Source: the human T2T-CHM13v2.0 reference genome, Homo sapiens
Direction: 5' to 3' (one strand)
Assembly: GCF_009914755.1 (NCBI RefSeq)
Contig: NC_060933.1
Length of the DNA stretch: 64,000 nt
The notes under the pieces were generated by a model. It was not told where the DNA came from. It did no database searches and saw nothing but the letters and a program-made list of their open reading frames with translations. Positions 55,076-64,000 of this stretch are shown here, piece by piece (position 1 is the stretch's first letter; each line of letters begins with the position of its first letter). The position numbers and the translations under genes were made by a program.

Positions 55076-56533
55076 TTCTGTTTTGCCACGTTACTATGAT
55101 GTGTAAAATGTCAGGAAGCAAGGCAGAAGAACTCAGAACCAACTTCTTTCTCAGGACTTTTTAGGCCACTAGGATTGTTTAGAATCTTTAAGACAACTCT
55201 CAAGGAGAGTAAACCTGGAAGACTGTGAGTATGCACACAGACTAGACACTTGAAAAACCCTCCTGGTCAGAATCAAAAGGTTTGCGAACATGCCAGAGTT
55301 TCTCTGATATGCAGTGATTTCGACAGACGCTTTCATACCCTATCTAGAGTATACCTGATAGTTATCTCTGTAAGTATGGCTGATTCCGCCCTCTGAGAAT
55401 TAGGTACTTAATACTGAATCTGAATTAAATCTTGTCTTGGACAGTGCTCGGGTAGTCAGGTTGCTTTCACTTCTCCTTCACTAGTGAAGAGAACACTAGT
55501 TATGGTTGAAAGGCTTCATTGGAGTTGACATTATTATTCTTAAGAGAAGCATTTCTTTTCTGTTTCTTCTACCCCCCTGCAAGAATCCTGAGTCAGTGCA
55601 CTTCCTAAATGGAACAGTGCTTTGGGGACCTATGAAGAAGGCAGTCTGCAGGAATTGTTAATTATTTCTAAAAATAACTCTGGGATACAGGCTAATGGTA
55701 ATGACTGGATTCTGGCACTTTATGGTTATAGAAACCACTTTTATATATTTTGATTTCCTCCCCTAATGCTTAATTGTCTCCATGTGGACATTATGATAGA
55801 GTGTCATTGAAGGTATTAAAAATGTAATTAATTGCTTAACAGTTATATCTTGTGAAAACAATGTGGAAATCTTTTTACATTTTTAATTTTTGGTTCAAAC
55901 AAACCTAACTAATCAAAGAGCAGCCACAAAAATCCTCAAAATGCAAATTAGACACAATAATGTACAGCTACCAATTACAGATTTTAGTGTTTTTGTATTC
56001 CACAGCAACAAACTGCCAAGTCTTAAAAAAAAAGAAGTCAACTAAAGCATTCTGTTGTTCCCTGAGCTCTACTGTATATTCTACTGGAAGATTTTAAGCT
56101 CTGTCATGGACATATGACTAGAATCACAAATTTTTTAAAAAGTGTTCAGACAAGGCAAATATCTAACTATGAGCTATAGAAGTTAAATATATTGAGTATG
56201 TCAGTGTTTGCATTTTATTTTTGGATGGTATAGAATTTTATTAGTTTTCTATAATAATCATTGCTTATACTGGCTTACAGTGATTTACTGTATTAACATA
56301 AGCTTTTTATACAGATCTGAGATTGTATCTAATAAGATGACTAGAGTCATGACCATTTAGTTAATCTAAAAAATGAATAGATTTTTAAAAAATTAATTTC
56401 AGTGGTCTTTTATGTTATAGAGTGATGGAGTCTAACAAAATTTTAAAATCTTGTCACAAAAAAGGATACAGAAAAGATTTTGCATAATGTTTTATTATTA
56501 TCCTCTCTATGATCTTTTCGCTTATCATTTCAG

Positions 56534-56660
56534 ATAAGACCAGAAATTCCCATTCCTGAAGAGTTAGATGACGATGAAGATGTTGAGGATGTGGATCTTT
56601 CAGTTCCTGGCTCTTGCTATCTCAAACTGTTGTCACTCACTCCCCCTTTGGTTTTACCAG
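56534..56660 (+). CDS. FOCAD: FOCAD coding exon (127 nt, phase 0-1) with acidic loop: IRPEIPIPEELDDDEDVEDVDLSVPGSCYLKLLSLTPPLVLP(A)
   Basis: catttcag|ATA ... CAG|gtgact. Confidence 0.92.
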
Positions 56661-57209
56661 GTGACTCCTATTTGGTAGTAGAGAAGCTAGCATTTTTTAG
56701 TGGTTCGATTTGTCTGATTGTATTCTTTTGTGATAGGTACATAGTATAGTTTAACCTTATGTGCTTATTTTTTAACCAGAATGTTAAATGCACCCATCTG
56801 TTCTATTGAAACAGCTTGAGGTAGTATGGTGTTTAAATCATACGAAAAAACGTTACATCTGAGTAGGATTGAACAAGAAAACTAGTGTAAACAATTGTGT
56901 TCACTGATAATTAAAATTCATTTAAAAGGCTAAATGTATTCCACAAGATGAATTTGCACTGGTACTCTAGGTCATTGATTTAAACAATACTTCTTTCTTA
57001 CATAAGCCAAGTGAAAAGATCATTAGACTATTCAGAGATTTACTGAGTAGTTTCATTATTATACATTTATTCTTTCTATAGAGTTATGCCAAAGATGTTA
57101 CTGATATTTATTTCAGAGCTATAAATTAATGCTTTTAAAAGATGGATCAAATTGTATGGTCATTCAGCTTTGATGTAAAGCTTATAGGGCCTTTATCTTT
57201 TAAAAAGTA

Positions 57210-57475
<266 letters not shown>

Positions 57476-59558
57476 CTAATGCTTATATGTGGTAATTATT
57501 CTATATGTATATTGTGTTTAGAAGTACTCACTTGCCCCTATTACTATATGCCCTACCCAAGAAATGGTAGACGATACCATTTGAAAAATATGTTTGATTG
57601 TGGACTGTGATTAGGAACTTACATTATTTTATTTTGAATGTTATTTTCTGATCATTAAAAAGTTATTTACAAATTCCTCAAGTGATTTATTGTGATTAAG
57701 TAGCTTTTCTATATTAGACAACATCTTGCTTAGTTTTGTTACAATTCTACTTTGAATGTTCGTGGATATAAAAATTTAATTTCTGGAAATGAAGTTCAAT
57801 CAAAACAAGAAAGGTCATGTTATTTTCTCAGTCATAACCATACTAGCCTGTAATGTTGGAAGTTTTTTCCTCTGGTTTCATCCCACATGGAAATTCCTGT
57901 GAAATTCAGCCAAATATATACTATTTATTTCTAGACAAAGCTCCTTTTACAGTTCCCTGCCTCCTTTTATTAGAGAAAACTGAATGGCCAAGTTAGACAA
58001 AGAGATCACCTTTTCTCTTCTCCTGATATCTAGAAAGAAGCCTCAAAGACTTGTTCACTCTTCCTCTCTTCTGTTCTTCCCCACTTCCTACCTCTTAGCT
58101 TTTCAGAGTCTAAGGCCTCCCTGAAGTTAACATGAGTCCAAGGAAGGAAAAAGCCTTCAGTTATCCAAAGTTCTTTCTTTAACCTGAAATAACCTAGAGT
58201 CAGAAGTCCTTTGGGGCTTTTTAAATGATTTTTTTTTCACTTGTACATGTATCCCCCATCACAGTCTCTGGTGTTAGAAAGAGAAGTGGGGGAATATTTG
58301 TTGCCAAGGGGTGCTGTTGTTTGTCCTCTCAGTACAGAATGTGCAGTGCTATGATGGCTATTACCTGGATCTTCTACATTGTTTGTCCTTGGTGGTTCTC
58401 AGTGCCTTCGACTGAGAAAGAAGGGGAAGAGTTGAGATCGACAACTGTATTTGTTTGAGAAAATTTAGTAATTTGAGTGAGGTGGGTGATCTAGATGCTA
58501 TGTTGGCAAACTGTCACCATGGACATTTTTTCGTTGATTATTAGAGAAGTATAAAAAGTGTCCCTTTGATTATTACAGAACTAGAAAAAGAACCAGGAAA
58601 AAGTCACCAGCCTTAGGAATATATACCCTAAAATGCACAGGATGAATGATATATATTAGTCACCAAATGCTACAGACAGAAAAGTGGGTTGTGCTGAATT
58701 TAAGTGAATCCTGCCCCTTTCTCCTTTTAATTCCTTTCAAATGAACACAAAAGCAGCTGTAAAGTGAATCCAGGAATTTGCATTATTTAAATAGAGATGT
58801 TACTGCTATTGATTATTAAAAAATAGTTTTGAAATAATTTTACACTTCCAAGAAGTTGCAAAAACAGTTTAGAGAGTTCTGTGTACCTTTTTTGACCTGG
58901 TGCTCTAGTTGATAACATCTCACATAACCATAGTATGATATTAAAACCAGAAAATTGACATTGGCACAATATTACTAACTTAAACTATAGACCGATGTGA
59001 ATTTTATAGGGTTTTTTCCCCCAGTATATAAACTTAAGGGATTAGCTATTTCTTTCCCCGTCAAGTGTCCTTGAGGGGTTTGGGCCATCACCCTGAAAGA
59101 CCAAATCCCGAATAGCATAATTGTAATTGCCGAAATCCTGAAAGATTAAAATATCTAAAGTCTAAAATCCTCAAAATCACAATTCTGAAATCTCAAAAAT
59201 GTAATTCTAGAAAAATAATAAAATGTTCTTTAAAAGATGTTTATTTACATTTTAAAAGGCAATTTACTTGAGAAACATAAAAACACAGCAGAGCACTTCA
59301 TAGATCACTTTACACAATAAAATAGGCAAAGTAATGTACATATTTTTGCAATCATAAACAGGTATACTAACAACAGCCACAATCTAACAATTATGAGCAG
59401 ATGAACTGTATTCATAAACAAATAGCCCTCAAAACAATATGTATAAATGCTTATCACTATGACTGGTGGTTGTGGGCTCCCAGGTTTGTAACTGCAGTCA
59501 CCGGAAATACTCTGATGCACAACTGAAGTCTTTTGACAAAATCATTCGAAAACCTCAA

Positions 59559-59781
59559 GCTCGAGACCAGCCTGGCCAACATGGTGAAACCCTGCCTCTA
59601 CCAAAAATACAAAAATTAGCCGGGCATGGTGGCAGACACCTGTAATTCCAGCTACTTGGGAGGCTGAGACGAGAGAGTCGCTTGAACCTGGGGCAGAGGT
59701 TGCAGTAAGCCAACATTGCACCACTGCACTCCAGTCTGGGCAACAGAGAGACTCCATCTCAAACAAACAAACAAACAAACA
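59559..59781 (+). mobile_element. 5'-truncated AluS with (CAAA)n tail, inserted in Ricksha
   Basis: Approximate TSD aaaaccYcaa at 59549-59558 and 59782-59791. Confidence 0.9.
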
Positions 59782-60122
59782 AAAACCCCAACGGGTTACC
59801 ACTCTTTATGCAGTCACTCAAAGAATTGAGATCTCGAGATATTTTATGTTTCACAAATGCAGATATACAAAAATGACATCTCTACTTATTGTGGAAGTTT
59901 CAACATTTTTACATACATACACAATACTTACACACAAAGTCAGTGTTGTGATAATGCACTTTTGTGGAGTCATATTTGTAAAAAAAAAAATGCATAAAAC
60001 CAATTAGAACTCTTTAGAAGTCTTTATACAATTTGTACTTCCAGTATCGGAAAAGATGCAAAAATGAAATACATAACATAGCAAGTTGGCACTATGTGTG
60101 AAGGGGCGGAAGTTGTACATGA

Positions 60123-60420
60123 TTAAATAATTTGGCAGGGGAGATTTCTTGTGTTTTTTGCCTGCGTTTTCATTTCTGTGATCTTCAAAATGTGAACTGT
60201 ACTTGTATTTGGAGAGTGGTTGTGGTCTAGAAATTTGGTGAGTATATATTCTCCATCTGAAAGTCTAGTTATTGCTCGGCCATTGGAAATAAGCAATTTT
60301 CTGCTTTTGCTGCATCAATAATAATTAACTTTCGAACTTCTTTCACCATTAAGTAGCCTTGTACACATAACTTATCACAACCCCTTTTCGTGAGAGAACA
60401 ATTTCGCATATCTCTTCCAC
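60123..60420 (-). pseudogene. Degraded N-terminal FLYWCH-type zinc finger of a MULE transposase
   Basis: Manual translation with 2 frameshifts: VEEICEIVLSRKG/CDKLCVQGYLMVK/SSKVNYY*CSKSRKLLISNGRAITRLSDGEYILTKFLDHNHSP. Confidence 0.7.
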
Positions 60421-60477
60421 TCTGTTGTAAGGAATATAGTAAGAAGGAATTGTATTTGGCTTCTCCAATACCAAATC

Positions 60478-61150
60478 TATTTTAGTCACATTTCTTCTGA
60501 AAGACAGAATCAATAGGACATGTATATAGATATATGAGGGGACCGATTAGGATAATTGGCTTACATGATTACAGTAGCTAAGTTGTGTGACAGACTATCT
60601 GCAAGCTGGAGACTGGGATTCTGGTAGTGTGGCTCCATTCAAGTCCGAAGGCTTCAGAACCTGGGAAGTGGGTGGTGTAACTCTCAATCTGAGGCCAAAA
60701 GCCTCAGGACCCAGGGGGCTGCTGGTGAAAGTCCTGTAGTTTAAAGGCTGTTGAGCCTGGAGTTCTGATGTCCAAAAGCAGCAGCAGAAGCCTGTCCCAG
60801 CTCTCATAGAGAGTTCACCTTCTGCATTTGTTCTCTCTGGGTCTCTGGACAATTGGATGGTGCCCATCAACATTGAGGGCAGATCTCCCCTGTACACTAC
60901 TCAGACTCACATACTAATCTCCTCTGGAAATACCCTCACAACCCCCAACCCCAAATAATGCTTTACCAGGTTTCTAGGTATTCCTTAAGCCAGCCAAGTT
61001 GACACTTAAGTTCACAAGTTCACCCCTTGTCAACTGGCACCCATACACATCTCCTTAACTTCCAAATAAAGACAGTAACAAGGTAATAGTTCTGCCTAAC
61101 AGATGCAACTATCCTGTGTACAACTGAAAATGCACTAATTCCCTCCCCAG
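60478..61150 (-). mobile_element. MLT2B-type LTR (about 60478-61016) plus adjoining ERV-L internal 3' sequence, carried inside Ricksha
   Basis: aagttgacac LTR edge, followed by caccccttgtc (polypurine tract on the minus strand). Confidence 0.82.
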
Positions 61151-61981
61151 GATTAGGCTTTCAGGATTTCAACATTTGGGATTTTAACCTTTTGGGATTG
61201 TGATTTTGGGGATTTTAGATGTTAGGAAGTTTAGACTTAAGGGATTTTGATCTTCCAGAATTTCAGCATTTGGGATTATGGTGTGTGGGACTGTGTCTTT
61301 TGGGATTATTATTAGCACTAGTTTTTTATATTTATTCCAAATAGTTACCTGTATCAATTGTTTTTTCTTTTTTATTGCTGACTGGCATTCCATTGTGTGA
61401 ATGTAACACAGTTTGTTGATCCATTCAGCTGTTGAGGACATTTGGGTTGTTTTGAGAATTTATGTCTGACACTTTGTGTCCTACGAATTTTCAGCTTCTT
61501 TTTAAATTCCCATCTGGTCATTGGTAAGAAAGAGATTGGGGAAAGCTCAAAAGCAACGAGAAAAATTCTAGTTGCTAACTTAGTATTTACGGGAAGATGA
61601 AGCTCTATACATCAACTACACTTAGCCTCCTGGCATCTTATCCTCATTTAAATTAATCCCTGGGCTGGTGTTAGGTAAACATCTGTAGTTCACTGTAGAG
61701 CTTGGTAAGTAGAAAACTTCCATTGCTGGGTTAGTCTATGTGCAGATATGTTCTTGCCCCTTGACATGTTTCACCTTTTGCCAGAATAGGATCCTTCTGA
61801 GAAAGGAAGAAATTACTTTCTTTCATCATAGTGCCTCTACCCTCACAAACAGTTGATTCATAGCTGCATTCTGTAAAGTCTATAATTATACCCACTTTGA
61901 AGCAGTCCCTGTGTATGTGTATGCAGAAATTGGGGTACATGGCCTGCAATCGGATATTACTCATCTGTTTTGTGTAAATGA

Positions 61982-62462
61982 TGTATTGATCACTGTTATG
62001 ACAAGAAAGGGTGGGGGATACATTCAGATTGAGTAATTGGAGAGAGTTTAATAAAGAACCTATTTACAGTTGTGTTGTCAAGGTTAAGGGAAACTCACAA
62101 GAGATGGTAAACCGTCTCAGAGTGCTTAATGTCTCTGGCCTACAGAGATAACGGGAGGAAGAAGAAAGAGTATCTGTATTATAAATTGGGGTGCCTAAGG
62201 GGAGCCAAGACTTTCAGAAGAGGAATGCAGGCAACCTGTAGCAATCCTGCAAGAAGCCCTGTGTCTGGGGAATACATCTCCTGACTTCACTGTTTTCACC
62301 CTTTGATGTCCTGCCAGTGACTCCAGTGGTTGAAACCAACCAGAAGCCAGAGGACATGGGAGCCTGTTAATGCCTTTCTTTAAAGACTGTTTTTCCAGAG
62401 CACAGAGCAGGGTTGAGAAGGATAGAGGATAGATAAGAAGGAGTAAATGGAAAACGTCACAT
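61982..62462 (-). mobile_element. LTR33-like (ERVL) solo LTR
   Basis: gagagtttaataaag..ctatttaca...aaccagaagccagagg...cacagagcagggt. Confidence 0.7.
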
Positions 62463-62989
62463 ATTGGTGTTTTTGAGCTTTGAATGGAGAATCTTGATTG
62501 CATCTAGGAGGGTCCTGTCAGAAATGGGTATATAATAGACGGTCCAGTGAGCTCTTGCTGCCTTTAATTTAATCATATTCATTTAAAGGAGACTTTTAGA
62601 TAGATCTCTTCAGAATGAAATTCCAGTTAGGTGGACCCTTGCTTTTTGTTTCTGTAAGAGCCACATGCAGTGGTTTTCTTTTTTCATTTTCCGCTACATA
62701 TGATTTGTTTAGCTTTAATGTTTTTTGTTTTTTTGTTTGTTTCTGTATTGGGCAACCTCTAGTGGTCCTTAGGAAAATCACATTTGAATATGAACCTATA
62801 GTCTTATCAAATATTTTGTTTATACATCCTGTTGTCTTCTGACATCATATTTCTGTTATTATATAGTAAGTAAAATGTCAAATGATAAAGATCTTGGGCT
62901 TAATTAGAAAGAACACAAGCAAAGATAGTGGACAAATATCTCATTTTAAAATAATTGTCCTAATATTGCTAAGTATAGATAGTTATGAA

Positions 62990-63620
62990 AGAGGTTTTTC
63001 TGAAAACACTTAAATGATAAGAAGGAGCCATTCTCATGAAAATGTGGGACTGATATGTTCCAGGTGGAAGGGATAGCAAATGCAGTGGCACTGACTTAAA
63101 TATCAACTTTGTGTTTTTGAGGAATGGAAAGAGGCCATATGTAAGTGTGACTTCAACATAGCAAGGAGGTAGGGTATTAGACATTAACTCTGAGGGGGAG
63201 TCAGGGCTAGATTATAAAAGGTCTTGATCATGGTCAGAAGTTGTGATTTTATTTTATGCACAGTGAAAAGCAACTGGAAGGTGTTAGGGACAGGAATGAC
63301 AAAATTCTGGCCTCTGGGCAGAGGAAGGTTTATAGAGGATGGTCAAGAGGAAAAGAATTCAGTAAACTAGTTTTTACATTAGTTTGTATGAGGAGGACAA
63401 AAGATAATAAGTAGATAAATAGCAGTGAAAAATGGAGAGAAACTGATGGATTTGGGATAGATTTTGAAGGTGGAATCAGAAGGACTTGCTAATGGATTAC
63501 ATGTAATAAGTGAGGGAAAGAGAGGAATTAAGCTTGAGCAACTTGGTGCCATGTTCTAATTTGGAGGAAGACTAAGAAAGGGATAGGTATCAAGAGGTCT
63601 CTTTTTACCATGTAAGGTTT
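62990..63620 (-). mobile_element. L2 fragment
   Basis: Purine-rich L2-like sequence (gatagattttgaaggtggaatc..ggacttgctaatggatt). Confidence 0.7.
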
Positions 63621-63725
63621 GGCCAGAAATGTAGCTTAGTTGTTTGTATATGAGTTAAGAACGCATGTTTCTCTTCTAGCTTATTGTATTTACTCTACTT
63701 TTGGTCTCCTTTTATCCTCTTTTAG

Positions 63726-63911
63726 CTTTGGAGGAATTTTTTACATCACTTGTGAAGCAAGAAATGGTGAATATGCCTCGTGGGATATATCACTCTGCAT
63801 TAAAAGGAGGTGCCCGCTCAGACCAAGGAAAGACTGTAGCAGGAATCCCCAATTTTATATTGAAAATGTATGAAACAAACAAGCAACCAGGACTGAAACC
63901 TGGCCTTGCAG
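63726..63911 (+). CDS. FOCAD: FOCAD coding exon (186 nt, phase 1-1): (A)LEEFFTSLVKQEMVNMPRGIYHSALKGGARSDQGKTVAGIPNFILKMYETNKQPGLKPGLA
   Basis: cttttag|CT ... GCAG|gtaagg. Overlaps ORF 63701..63928. Confidence 0.94.
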
Positions 63912-64000
63912 GTAAGGGTAGTACATAGTATCAAAAATACAGGTTTTTCATGTAATGATTTAACTTCCACTTCCAAGTAGGATATAATGGGCCATGGCAG

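Larger units (their letters stand above)
59076..61320 (+). mobile_element. Ricksha (MULE/MuDR-type non-autonomous DNA transposon), composite form
   Basis: Left end gggtttgg followed by AATCCY/AAATC subterminal repeats; mirrored GGGATT repeats at about 61150-61320; contains an ERV-L piece. Confidence 0.85.

Noticed and set aside
59076-59200. Short periodic AATCC-type repeats, considered as a CRISPR-like or satellite array
   Set aside because: The DNA is eukaryotic. The repeats are irregular, have no unique spacers, and are mirrored at 61150-61320 as transposon subterminal repeats.

Overview
Human (primate) genomic DNA: an internal 64-kb slice of FOCAD (focadhesin/KIAA1797, chr9p21) on the + strand. 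Nine coding exons (1048 nt) join by GT-AG splicing into one stop-free frame (VPNLIPVLMFK...KPGLA). Intron sizes are 423, 515, 1918, 39476, 3214, 971, 7669 and 7065 bp. The rest is intronic and rich in repeats: mostly antisense L1s, Alus, solo LTRs (MLT2A, MER39, THE1, LTR33), DNA transposons (MER33, MER58A, MER47, MADE1) and a composite Ricksha/MULE element carrying an ERV-L piece. Most ORF-track entries are repeat-derived noise. I found no prokaryotic-type or clearly new system. The best leads are: (1) a sense MLT2A LTR with a DUX4-like site, an ATG and a phase-0 donor that could splice in frame to FOCAD; (2) a 465-nt exon block flanked by inverted Alus that would form a stop-free circRNA; (3) an isolated 60-bp L1 reverse-transcriptase patch; (4) a templated-insertion scar and a possible gene-conversion tract in old L1s; (5) a Ricksha element with a FLYWCH transposase relic; (6) a candidate poison micro-exon or recursive splice site. 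Repeat subfamily calls come from remembered consensus sequences, and repeat boundaries are approximate.
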